A DNA stretch of 63,331 nt, counting the filler, from Guillardia theta CCMP2712 (lineage: Eukaryota > Protista > Cryptophyta), in NCBI RefSeq assembly GCF_000315625.1. It is 3 parts of 3 records of this genome, joined end to end, with 100 filler letters (N's around TTAATTAATTAA, not from the genome) between each part and the next. Parts side by side here need not be neighbours in the genome. Positions count along the whole stretch, not along the records: positions 38,897 to 63,331 come from NW_005434651.1; 2 more parts are not named here. One strand, 5' to 3'. Each line of letters begins with the position of its first letter. Position 1 is the stretch's first letter. The notes below the pieces were generated by a model. That model had not been told where the DNA came from, made no database searches, and saw only the letters and a program-made list of their open reading frames with translations. Positions 39,268-51,238 of the stretch are shown piece by piece. Made by a program: the position numbers and the translations under genes.

Positions 39268-42200
39268 ATGGCAGACCCCTGGGAGACCAGCGCGACTTCC
39301 CGCGCGTCGTCCAGCCAGCACGAGGGAGGCGGGAAGAAGAAGCACAAGAGATTCAAAACCAAGTTCTCTCACAGCAAAGCCAAGAAGCGCGTGGGAAAGC
39401 ACAAGCCTCCTCCACTACCTTCCCCGTCCCATGACGCCATGCAGGGTGAGGAGGAGGGCCCTCGGGCAGGGAGCTGCTCGGCAGACGCTCATGGCGGTAG
39501 AGGCTCGCTCGTGGATCGCAAGTGCTGGTGCACCTGCAGCAAGGACGGAAAGGTTTACACAGCAAGAATCCTACAGCAAGAGGGAGATCGGCTCAAAGTG
39601 CACTACATAGGATGGAACGACAAGTACGATGAGTGGGTCAAAATCAAGCGCGTGGTCCGCTTCTTGGACAAGAACGAGCATGCGGAAGGAGATAGAGGCG
39701 CTAAGAACAAGGTGGGAGGGCCCATGCGGTTCTCCGACCCTCTGCTCTTCTTCTGCTACGAGTGCTATGAGGGTGGAAAGCTGCTGAGCTGCGACTGCTG
39801 CCCGCGACGGTACCATCGTGAGTGTGTGGGGCAGGCGCTAGAGGCGGAAGAGGTCAAGGTCTCGAGGGATCAGGGTTGGGTCTGCCAGCTCTGCTCTGCC
39901 TCGAAGGGACGCCTCTGCTTCCCCGACCGCGTTAACAGGCTGCAACAAGCCTGCGACAAGTTCCACATGAAGCACGCGGTAGCCACCTTCGGCAGGCAGA
40001 CCGTGCGAGTCAGCGAGGTGAGCCAGGAGGGAAGCGATGAGGTGGAGGGGTCGAAGAGAGGTGTGGAGGGAGGATGAGATGATAGGCAGGAGGAGGGAGG
40101 AGGCAGGTCGCTGACTGCTTGCAACAGCTGTACTCTCAGTGCGTGAAGAGCGGATTGACGGGCAGCCAACTCGTTCAGTTTTCAAGCGCGCAGGAGGCGA
40201 TCGATTATCTGACCAAGATGGTAGATCAAGAATCAGCGCGTGGAGACTCTCCGACCAAACAGGCAGACATGCTCGTCTACGGGGCCTCGGCACTGAGTCA
40301 GCCGGGAGGAAGCGACCTCCTGCACTGCGACGTGTGCGGGTACAGCCGAGTGGAGGTAGGATGCAGTACCTGCCCAGCTGCCTTCCACCTGCGCTGCCTT
40401 AACTTGGAGCAGCACATGAACGGTGATGTGCCAGCTGACTGGCGCTGCCGCATCTGCCTGCATGAGGCGAGCTTGACTTCGGAAGCGATGCAGTCGTTCG
40501 AGGCCGTCCTCACCGCCGACGACCCTCTGCTTGTTCCCTCCATCGCCTCCTGCGACAGACCCGCCGTCGAGGCCGACGCTTCTCCCACACGTGCAGCCAA
40601 GAAAGCTCGCCGGGGGGTTGCAGAAGTCGTGCAGGTGGGGGAGGAGCTCAAGGATCAAGACCAGGAACCAGCACAAGTACTGGAGCGAGATCAGGAGGCG
40701 GAGGAGGAGCTGCCGAAGCATCAGCAGCTACCAGTACAACAGCAACAACAGGAGGAAGAGGGAGTGGAGGACGAGATTCAGCAGCTGGCAAAGCATCAGC
40801 GACAGGAGGAAGCTCAGCTTGAACACGTGCAAGAGCAGCAGGACGACGAACAGAATATGCGTGTGAAGCAACAGGATGAGCACGATAAAATTCAGGAGCA
40901 GCAGGGGCAACAGAAACGTCTGGAGGACTCAGTGGGGCCGGAGCAGAGGATGGAGGAAGGGACGGCGGAGCAGGGGATAGAGATGGAGGAAAACGAAATA
41001 TGTGGTTTGGGTGTTTCTCGAGCGAACATGCCTGAGGAGCCTGTTCTATGCTGCTCGTGTGGCTTCTTCGAGCAAGAGAGCGTCCGCTGCGACGTCTGCT
41101 TCCGGTGGTTCTGCTTCGGCTGCACCTGCCTCTCGCTCCAGACACTCCCCGCAGGCTCTTTCACCTGCCCCGAGTGCTTGGGCATCGACCAATATGACGC
41201 GCAGCTCGCAGTGAGCATGGAGGTAGTGCGGAATCGCATACAGGGAGGGAAGGTATGCCTGCAGGAGGTGGACATGTTCGCACAGACAGTCTACGACCTG
41301 CTGGCGACGTGCGCGTGGAAGGAGTTCACGATCAACCTCATGGTTCTGATGCAGCTGGTGGAGATGCAGATCAAGCACAATCACCTGCCGACGGTCCTGC
41401 CCTTTCACTCGGTGCACTATCCTCTGCCAAAGGAAATCGTGCGAGACATCGCCAGGTCTCACAGCAACCAGAAGCTGCAGGACGTGATGCGAGCAGAGAA
41501 GGTGAAAGAGGTCGAGCTCAAGCTGTTCAAGGTCAAGGAGGCTCCTTCGTCTCCTCAGTCTCCGCCTCCTAAGCTCAGGATCGGCTACGTTAGTGCTGAT
41601 TTTGTCAACCACCCAACCGCCGACCTCATGCAGAGCGCACTGCTGCTACACGACACAAGCAAGTTTGAGATCTTCCTCTATTCCATCACAAGGAACGACT
41701 CGTCCATGTACCGGCAGGTCCTGCAGCGCGAAATCCCAAACTTTCGCCTCCTCCCCAACGCCAAGAACGACAAGGCGTGCGCGCAGATGATTGCGGACGA
41801 CGAGATCGACATCCTCGTCAACCTCAACAGTCACACTGCCGGTGAGAGAAATGGCATCTTTGCCTTCCGCCCTGCGCCCCTCCAGGTGGTCTACCTCGCC
41901 TACCCGGGCACGCATGGTGCCTCCTACCTGGACTACAACGTGGTGGACATGGTTGTCAGCCCCAAGGAGCATCGTGAGATGTACACGGAGTCACTGATCT
42001 ACATGCCCCACTGCTACCAGACCAACTCTTTCCAAGACCTCTACCCTGAGATCCTCTCCTCCTCCTGCCTCCCTTCCCGCAAGGACCACGGCCTTCCCGA
42101 GCACGCGCTTGTCTTCTGTACTTTCAACCGCCTGGGGAGAATCACGGAGCATATCTTCCACGCCTGGATCAGAATCCTCAAGCGCGTGCCCAACAGCGTC

Positions 42201-42945
42201 CTCTGGCTCTACAAACACCCGACCATGGCCGTCCTCCGTCTCCTTCGCGCAGCTCGCGAGCAAGGCATCGACGCGACGCGCTTCGTGTTCGCAGGCCCGA
42301 TGATGCCCAAGATCGAGCACCTGAAGCGACTGACTCTCGCCGACGTCTATCTCGACACACACATCTACAACGGCCACACCACAGGAAGCGACTTCCTCTG
42401 GGCCGGCGTACCCATGGTCACGTTACAGGGCGACACCTTTCCTTCCCGCGTCGGCGCCTCCCTCGCTCGCGCCGTTGGCATGCAGGAGATGATCGCGACG
42501 GATCTGGCGGGGTGAGGATGGGAGGTCGCGAGATGCGCCAGCTGACGCTATGGCAGGTACGAGGAGAAGGCGGTGGAGCTAGGCAACAACAAGGAGGCGC
42601 TGGAGGAGATGAAGGCGAAGCTCAAGGCGGCTCGGCTGACTGCTCCTCTCTTCGACACGGCCCGATGGGTTGGAGGCGCTTCAAACGAGGCGCAGCGAGT
42701 GACGAGGATGCAGGTTGGAAGCTTCGAGGACGCACTGACGAGGATGTGGGAGAGACACGCGAGGGGTCTCGAGCCTGAGGACATCTTCCCCATCGACCCC
42801 GGAGCTAAGCACAGGGTGAGCTCCCTGCCAGTTGCGGGGGTCTGAGACTGACGTGAAGAAGGTCCTGAGCGACTCAGACTCGAGCAAGAAGTGGAAGGAG
42901 GAGAAAGGTGACGCGTTCCGACCCGACGCCTCCGCAAGTCGATGA
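39268..42945 (+). CDS. Chromo-barrel/Tudor-knot + 3 PHD fingers fused to a GT41 O-GlcNAc transferase (OGT/SEC-type) catalytic domain, without a TPR array
   Basis: Reader domains: VYTARILQQEGDRLKVHYIGWNDKYDEWV and PHD fingers at ~39751, ~40325 and ~41049. GT41 motifs: VLPFHSVHYPL, KLRIGYVSADFVNHPTADLMQS, FAFRPAPLQVVYLAYPGT, ILKRVPNSVLWL, ADVYLDTHIYNGHTTGSDFLWAGVPMVT and PLFDTARW. An intron at ~40003-40127 joins the two ORFs in frame; short 3' introns follow. Confidence 0.9.
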
Positions 42946-42991
42946 AACTCTCCCCTCCCTCCTCCTCACTTGGAATGCTAAGCGCTTCTTT

Positions 42992-44164
42992 TCACATTTC
43001 AAGGGAGTCGGCAACGCACTTGGAGACATGTTGCTTGTAGAGATTGAAGTTGTTGCGCAGCTCAACCTGGTTGGAACTTGAGAGGAGAGGAGGGGAGAAA
43101 GAGGACGAGGAAAGAGGAGGACGAGGAGGAGGAAAGAGGAAAAGGAGGAGGAAGAGTGAGAGGCTTCGTCAAGGTCAGACCGCAGCTTCTACGTTGGCAG
43201 GAGAGTCGTCGGTTGGGTCCGAGAGCATGGAGATGACACTTAGCACGATTGTCTCCACCTGCTCGCCAGCTCACGCCAGGTGTCAACCAGTCGCGCTCAC
43301 CGTGTGGACGGGGTTCCACCTCATGCTCGCGAGCTCCTGCGGGTTGGTCGCGTCTTCACCGGGGGCATGGAGGATGGAGATGCAGACATCTCCGTTGCTG
43401 TAAACTGAAGCCAGCGAGGTCATGCGTGCCGCAACATAGTCGCACACCGTTGGGATGCCAGATGGGAGTGAGAAACTTCATGCTGGGAGGCTTGTCGGGA
43501 TAACTTGAGACGAGAAAGAAAGTGAGAAACACAAAGATACATCCCTCATACCCATATACATCCCTCATACCCATATACATCCCTCATACACATATACATC
43601 CCTCATACACATATACATCCCTCATACACATATACATCCCTCATGCGCATATACACCACTCACTTCTCTGGAAACGACAACCTCGCACTGAATATTCCTC
43701 CTTCACTGCTGCAACGTCACCCCCGAGCGAGGAGCCGGTTATCTTACTAGAGGGAGTCCGGCGGCCCACTGATGCAGATGTTCCACTCTAACATGTTGGA
43801 GTCGTCGACGAGACCTGCTAGAGTCAGCACAAGAGGAGCGAGAGGCAGGATGAGGAGGGGAGAGGAGGGGGAGGAGAACAAGGAGTTGATGAACGTCAGT
43901 GAAGACGAGGACGAGGAGGGTCAGGAGGGTCATGCCTGCCGAGAAAAGCTCTGACGGGTTTTCCTGCAACTCTAGAGCAGCAGACTGAGTAGAGCTCTCC
44001 CTCCCTCTTCCCTCACCTCTCAACTGCATCCTCAAGATCTGCGAGCTTCTCAACCTCGTAGGAGAGTTTGCTGCTGGCGCCATGGCAAGCAAACCAGGTA
44101 GAAGAGCCAAGGAAAGGAAGCAGGCGAGCAAGAGCTGACAATGATCGACTGACCATAATGACAT
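42992..44164 (-). CDS. Ubiquitin-conjugating enzyme E2, Ubc7/UBE2G class (acidic loop), with a possible N-terminal signal peptide
   Basis: Spliced: ILRMQLR|[12 protein letters not shown]|[22 protein letters not shown]|..|[18 protein letters not shown]|[35 protein letters not shown]|[26 protein letters not shown]|[24 protein letters not shown]. Confidence 0.9.
43539..43657. repeat. ~19-bp tandem repeat (CATCCCTCATAC(A/C)CATATA), about 5-6 copies, inside an E2 intron
   Basis: Direct reading. Confidence 0.8.
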
Positions 44165-44495
44165 GACTGTACCCTCCTCTCCTCTCCTCTCCTCTCCTCT
44201 CCCTCCTCGTCTCGCTTCGCTTCTCCCGCCTTCGGAGGTTCTTTTGAGGGTCCAATAAATAAAACCCAGATTTTCTGTTCACGGACCTCAAGACTCCCTC
44301 CCCTCCCTCCCCCCCCTCCCCGCCTCCCCTTCCCTCCCTCCCCTCCCCTCTCTTCCCCCCTCCCCTCCCCTCCCCCCCTCCCTCCCTTCCTTCCCTCCCC
44401 TCCACTCACTCACTAGCTCACTCACTCACTCACTCACTCCCCCCCCCCCCCCCGACCCTCCCTCCCTGACCCTCCATCTCTTCCCCACCTATCTC

Positions 44496-46052
44496 ATGCG
44501 ACCAGCATGTCGCATGTTTCTCGTGCTGGCTTTCAGGCTTGCTGTGCTACTGGAGGGCGCAGGTCAGGCAGCAGCGCTGAGGGAGGGAGGGAGGAGCATC
44601 GGGCTGTTGGGCCGACACACCTTCAACGAGCTGCAGGGAGCAGGAGCGAAATGGCGGCAGAGCGCAAGAGGAGGAGAGGGGAGACTAGCGATACGAGGAG
44701 GAGAGGGGATGAGCTTCCTCCAAGCCATGGAAGAGACGATGCTTGACACGTGATGGCCTGCTGGTCCCCTTGGCTCCTGCTGAGCTACTGCTGCGCAGAT
44801 CCTTGTGGATGTGTCTTATGCTCGCCTCCCTCGTTCCCTTCGTCCAGAAGCTGCTGCTGCTCGAACTTAACCTCACCCCGGTAGCCCCTGTTACTCTCCT
44901 GCTATCTCAGATGCTCCCTAAACTTCTTCCCCGTTGCTGCCTCTCCCCAATTCTCCCCCACTTGCCACCTCCTTTTCCCCCTCTCCCTTCCCCCTCTCAC
45001 TCTCTCTCTCCCTCTCTCTGCATCTCCTTGACTCGCGTCAGATGTTCCTCGGCTTTGCCGAGGCTCTCGCCGTCTACTCGATTGATCGATACCGCGACAA
45101 CTTGCAATGCAAGGACTTGCGAGCCCAGCAGGCAACCTGTGATGGGAGTGAGCGAGTGGGGAGGGTGAATGGTTGCAGCAGCTGGTTGAGCGAAGCAAGA
45201 GACTGTTTGTAGTTGGATCCTGCTGCTTCACCCTCCTCTTCTTGACCGCTCCTCTGGGAACGAAGGTCTCAACCTCTTGCCGTCTTGCTCATGCTGACCC
45301 TCATCAGCTCGTCTTCTTGGTGCACCTCTCGTTGGGCTTGCTCTACGCCATGCGGTTGCCGGTGCTGATCTCGAGCAGGAGCGAGGTGAGATCGTGCTGT
45401 CGTTGAGGGATGCTAACGCTAGAGGAGAGAACAACTTGGAGGATCAAGGAGCTTCCGTGCTCAAAAGCTTTCTTCGTCGCCTTCAGCACCAGCTTCATGG
45501 CCCTCTTCGCGCCTCTGGCTTATGCTAACTCTCGTCGTTTGCCGGCTGGCCCCGCATGGAGGGAGTCAGCGCAGGCCTTGACCTTGGTCTTCTTGATCTC
45601 CTTCTCCGTTGAGAACTTGCAGGACGTCAGGGACTTGGACTCTGACAGGTGAGGCTGCGCGCTTGTGCTCCCTCATGGACCTCCAAGTTGACACCAACGC
45701 CTCTACCTCCTCACCTCTTGCCGTCAGAGCCGCGGGAACTGTGACCCTCGCCCTCAAGTTGGGGGTGCGGAGAACCAAGTGCTTGCTGACGTCACTGTGG
45801 TTCTTGTTTGCTGCCATGCAGGTGACGATTGCGGTCATGTTGTTCCTGCTCATAGTGCAGCAGGTCCGCGCCAATGGAGCGAAGAGCTCGACAGTTCAGC
45901 TCCTGGTCGCCTTGACCGTCGTCTCCCTGACTTGGTCGCCAGTGATCATCTCGAGCAAGTTCTTCTACTCGCTGCTGCTTGAGAGCGTCTTCGCTTCTCC
46001 TCTGCTCTTCTCTCTTCTCCTCGACCTGCTCTCTTCTCCCAGTTACAAGTGA
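44496..46052 (+). CDS. UbiA-family prenyltransferase, polytopic membrane protein with a signal peptide
   Basis: Exons carry AVYSIDRYRD, LGLLYA, RIKELPCSKAFFVAF and ENLQDVRDLDSDR|AAGTVTLALKLGVRRT (Asp-rich DxxDxxxD..G..T motif). N-terminus MFLVLAFRLAVLL...RLAIRGG. Confidence 0.82.
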
Positions 46053-47613
46053 TCCGCTCGGCCTGTGCCGAGTTCTACAGGCTGTTGTCCGGGAAAAGTT
46101 AATATATCTGGCCAGCCTGGAGACTACCCACCACCCCCTCCATTCACCTTTGACAGCGACTAGGGTGGTGCATCAGCTGTACCACCCCCTATAATTCCCA
46201 CATATCCTGAGATATTTATTGGGTGGGGGTGGTGACGGAGCCGAAGAAGTCTGGTTGTCACGTCCCGGTAAGGTCTCGTGACTTCCTAATTGAGTTTTAT
46301 AGTTTTTGTTGGAAATGGGGGGTAGGGGTAATCAGAGTACCTCATTTTGATCCATATTCAAGAGGCGTATTGGTGGTAGGGTACAGATAATGTGAGGGTG
46401 GTCTTGTGGCATCATGGAGGATTATCTGAAGATTGCAACTTTACATGGTTTGATTGGTTCAAACTAACCACCCCTACCACCAATATCCCAGTCATTACTA
46501 CCCCTGATAATCTAGAATAAACCTAAAACATTGGTTTTCAATGTAGATTCGAACCCACCCCTGATCATGTCCTACCACCCGTACCTACTGGAAAACGCTT
46601 GGAACTACCCCCTATCATCCTACGTACACCACCCGTACCATGGTACTACCCCCTCCGTGGTTCATTGCTCAAGCTGATTTGTGAGCCCGCCTCACTCTCC
46701 TTGGTACCTGCGCTCACCGCGCCATGCTCTCGTGCTAGGGCTGCGCATGAAACCTTTCTGCGTGTTTTGTATGTTTGCCTCCTGCTTGCCTTGTTCTGAC
46801 CTCCTCCTTCCTCTCTACCTGCTTGTTGTTGTCCCTCCTCCATGTCGTTCCTTCCTCACCTTCTCCTCAATCCTCATTTCCCCTCTCTCACCTCTTTCCA
46901 TGCCTCTCCCCTCCTCCTGATCTTTCCACTGGATTACAAACCTTATCTGCATTCTTTAGCTTTTGGTTCCTCATTTTCTTCCGAAGATGCTTTACTTTGA
47001 TGCTTTCTTGTATCACCCAAGGCATTATCGTTGTCTCGTCTGGGTCCACTTTACCCACTTCCTCTCATATTTCCCCAACAGCCCAATCGTTTCTCCACTG
47101 GTCTACCCTCTCCTCCCTCATTTCTTCCTTTCCGTCTCCTTCTAGTCCTTTTTTTTTTCGCGTGCCTTACCTTCCCCTGCCTCCCACCAATCCACCTCGT
47201 CAATATAACTAATTTTCGACATTTTTCTCACTATCTCTCAACCCCTGCCTCTCCCCAATGAGTCTTTCTCCGTTACCCCACGACTAGCCTATTTCATCCA
47301 GCTATCCCTTGCTCATGTATCCATTGCGATTGTTCCTCCATCTTGATTGTTGATACTGAGCTGGTATGTGTTCCCCCGTCGCTTCTTTACCTTCCAAGAT
47401 GTGCATCTGCCCTCCACGTTCTCGTCTGCTGATATCGAAATCAATGCCCCTATCGCCTCTGTGTTGTTCGTTTCCTTGCCAATCTGTTCGTGTTACTCAA
47501 CACAAGGATATGCAAGAATTGAACGATTGAGCAGAAGACATGCATCATCTTCACTCTTCTTACTGTGACGTTGCTTGTGAAAATTTGTGCGTAGGGCATA
47601 TTCTGGCAGGCGC

Positions 47614-48986
47614 ATGACGACGCTGAGGCACGTGAAGCCTCGAACGGGGTTGGACGAGGTGGTTGGAGGAGCTTTCAAGCGCAGAGTCTCTAGTTGGAAG
47701 AATCAGATTAAGGTCAACTGATGCCGTTCTACATCCTGAGGTGAAAGTTCGTGTTTCAGCCGGGCGACCCCAAGTATCCTCCAGAGAGAGATCGATACCA
47801 TCTCTACATCTCATACGCATGTCCCTGGGCGCAAAGGTGAGATAAACGGGGGAAGAGATCGAGTCTGACATGGTGAAGGTGCTATGCCACCATCCTCTTC
47901 AAAGGCCTCGAAGATGTAATCAGCATCTCCATTGTTCATCCAACTTGGCAGTATACTCGCCCGGGACAGGTTAGACCGCAGGCGCACGGCGTGACTGACT
48001 TGATTGTGACAGGATGAGCATATTGGGTGGGTCTTCGGCGACCCGTCAGATCCTCCACTCACGAACCTCAACGGCTATGGCTCTTACTCTGCCGAGTTTT
48101 CGATTCCTGACTTCGTGAATGGAGCAAAATGTGTAAGAGACTTGTACGAGCTAGCAGGGGATACAGATGGGAAGTACAGCGTGCCGATTTTGTGGGACAA
48201 GAAGAATAGAACGATAGTGAACAACGAGTCAGCTGACATCGTTCAGTTCTTCAACAGCGCTTTCGACGAGTTTGCCAAGTATCCGGATGTTGACCTGTAC
48301 CCTGAGGAGCTACGGGCTCAGATAGAAGAGCTCAACTCTTGGATCTACCCGTGCATCAACGATGGGGTTTATCGCTGCGGATTCTCTCAGACACAGGATG
48401 CATACGAGAAGGCTTTCGATGAGTTGTTCAACGCATTGGATAGGTCAGCCTCATGCTCCGGTCCACCCAAGACACTGAGTCTTGTCTTTACGCTTAGGGC
48501 GGAGGAACTGCTGAGCAAACAGAGGTTTTTGACAGGACCAAGGTTCACCATGGCGGATCTTCGCCTGTTCATGACATTAATTCGCTTCGATCCTGTAAGT
48601 GTTGTCCCACGTGATTGGGCCGAGAATCTGAGCTCTATCTAGGTGTATGTAGTGTATTTCAAGACGAACAAACAGCGGATCGACGAGTATCCGAACCTCT
48701 TCAACTACATGAAGGAGATCTACCAGGTGATCTGATCATTTGCCGCCACTGCCCGACATGCTGAGCCCGAGCAGATGCCTGCGGTCAAACCAACTGTAAA
48801 TTTGCAGCACATAAAGGTAAGGTTGTCTCCATGGCCCTTACCATGACGAGGATGCAGATTCACTACCTGAGCTCGCACCCCAAGCTGAATTATTATGGGA
48901 TCATCCCCAAAGGTAGAGATGTAGATCTGGATGCCCCCCACGATCGGCATCGCTTTCCGTACGAAGATTACAAGAAGAAGAGGTGA
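47614..48986 (+). CDS. Glutathionyl-hydroquinone reductase (GST Xi/omega-like, YqjG/ECM4 family)
   Basis: RYHLYISYACPWAQR (catalytic CPWA), KYSVPILWDKKNRTIVNNESADI, INDGVYRCGF, ADLRLFMTLIRFDP and HIKIHYLSSHPKLNYYGIIP. An N-terminal extension upstream of 47614 is possible. Confidence 0.92.
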
Positions 48987-49081
48987 AAGAGGGGAGCTTA
49001 TTATTGTTTCATTAAGGCTGTAAAGGGTTTGTTCAACAACCACCATGAATTCCACGCATTTTCGCCAATCTAAAGCGTTAC

Positions 49082-49760
49082 CTAAAGAGCCTTGCTTTCA
49101 AACTCTCCAATGGAAGATAAGCTTTGACGCACAAGCTCTACCCTCCTCTCCTTCTCTCCTTCTCTTCCCAAATGTAAACTACACCTGCAAGGTTCTCAAT
49201 CACAACTGTGTTTGGCTATCGCATCATAGAGCCTCACTTCGACCCACGGTTGCCTGACAGCAGCAGCACGGCTTGACGAATATCTTTTCCTGGGCTGGGA
49301 TCAACGAGCAATCGGCTCAGAGTTCATGTACCGGCAAGCTCTACATCATCGATTCTCTTGATCACCTGCAGCAACTTTCACTTCACCACAAGCAACCATT
49401 TCGCTGCCTCACATCCCCCACGTATATAGCTCCGCTGAGGTGAGCCGGACCTCCTTGCACGAGAGCGACCACCTGCACCGCCACGTCAAGGCCATGGCTT
49501 GATACCAGAGCAGACCCACAGCGATGCCTTCCGCACACTCTCGAAACTGAAGCCCGACCCCTGCCTCTCCTTGCCCATCCACCGGCCTGCAGGCAGTGTC
49601 AACGTCCTCGATGGGCAGAGAAGCATAACCTGGTCGTAATCGATCCCTCGTCCGAGCTTATGCTCCTGCTACTTGACACGGTTTCAGACGTCTGCACGAA
49701 GTGGAGGTAGGGGTTCGAGTCAATGCTGCTTGACAGTACGAGATCCGCGTTCACAATCAT
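49082..49760 (-). CDS. Small PDZ-domain protein (absent from the ORF track because it is split by short introns)
   Basis: Spliced: MIVNADLVLSS...GEAGVGLQFRECAEGIA|VVALVQGGPAHLSGAIYVGD|VIKRIDDVELA|GKDIRQAVLLLSGNRGSK|CSLHLGR...*. Confidence 0.82.
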
Positions 49761-51238
49761 GACTGAGAGCAAATTGCGACAAGATGTCAGTGCCTTGCTA
49801 ACAGCAACCGCCTGTCATAATGATACAACTCAATGCCATGCATCATAGAGCAAAGTTTCAACAACAAAGAAGATTCTAGGGTAGTGAAAATAGAGATGTC
49901 GAAATTGAGACATCAGAGCAAAACCACAAAGATGAGACCAAACAAACAAGTTCAAGCTATTTGGTGACGAACAGAGGCAGCAGGGAGGAAAACTAGGCAA
50001 TACAAACAAAACCGTTGCTGACGAAAGACCTTACAGCAAAGGAAGGAAAAAACTTGTCTGTGTTAGAAATTCACAGATAGCATAACATTCTTGCAACCAA
50101 GGAGAACAAACGAAAGCTGGTAAATTTTTCCAAATCGGTAGCGTTTGACTGAGAACAGAGCAGTCGGGGAGAGAAGGGTCAATCAAGCGAGGAGGGGGAG
50201 CAGGAGGAGCAGGAGAGAAGAGGGAGGAGGGAGGAGGGAGGAGGGAGGAGGGAGGAGGTGAGCAGGAGGGGGGGAGGGAAGGAGATGCAGGGGAACAGCA
50301 TTGTCGTCGGGGGAAGCAGAATAATAATACAGGGGTAGGGTAGAAATCACAAGGCAATCTTTGAGGGGTAGGGTAGAGGGTATGGATTCGGAGGACAGTA
50401 CGGGTACATGGGGGTACTTTCAACAACTCTTGAAGGGTGGTGGTGGTCTGTTTCTAGGGCAAATGGCTATAGGGGAAGGGGGGTAGTGAAGAGGAGTGTA
50501 AAATTTAATAGGTGATGGGGGTGGTGCAGGTTACTTGACGAGGTATGCCTATCAAGCTTCAACTTTTTCTAAGTCTCTCTCTAGGTAAAACCTTTATGTC
50601 GCCCTGTTTGTACCACCCCCCTGCTTTAGCACCCCCATTGAACCCTCTGTAAGCCAGTGGGGGTGGGGGCACTACTCTCGTTGTTTTTTTTGGTGAAAGT
50701 TTCCATACGGCAACTTTATTACTGGCTAACTTTACTCAAAGTTAAGTGAAATTGTTACCAGGAATGACTCACTCCGAAACAGTCGGAGAGCGCCGAGATC
50801 CGAGTGATTCTTGATCGGAATCTCAGTGATCGGGCCGCCGTGCCTCAGGCCCGGATTGTCCATTCAACACGGCCCGGCCCGGTTGCGGCAGTGCCCGCCG
50901 TCCGGGACGTGACGGTACGGTACCCAGTGGGGTTGGCCCGTGCGGGGCCGGCGGTACCGGCGGCCCCTTCAACCGTGACGTGATACCGATCATGACGTGA
51001 ACACCCCGGCTCATACACGATAACCGGAGGCAGCCGACTGACCGCTGTCAGTCGCCGGAAGCGTCCGCCGCCGTAGGCGCCGGGCCGCAGCCTCGGACGG
51101 ACGGGCCGCGGCCCGCCGGGCCTGAAAGGGCCCGGCCCGGCCGGCGGCCCGGGGGCCGGGCAGCACTGATTTGTTACGGTCGGCTGACGCTCAGAGCCTC
51201 GGAGGCGCTCCTGTCTGGTGCGAGGCGCATGACTCCCT

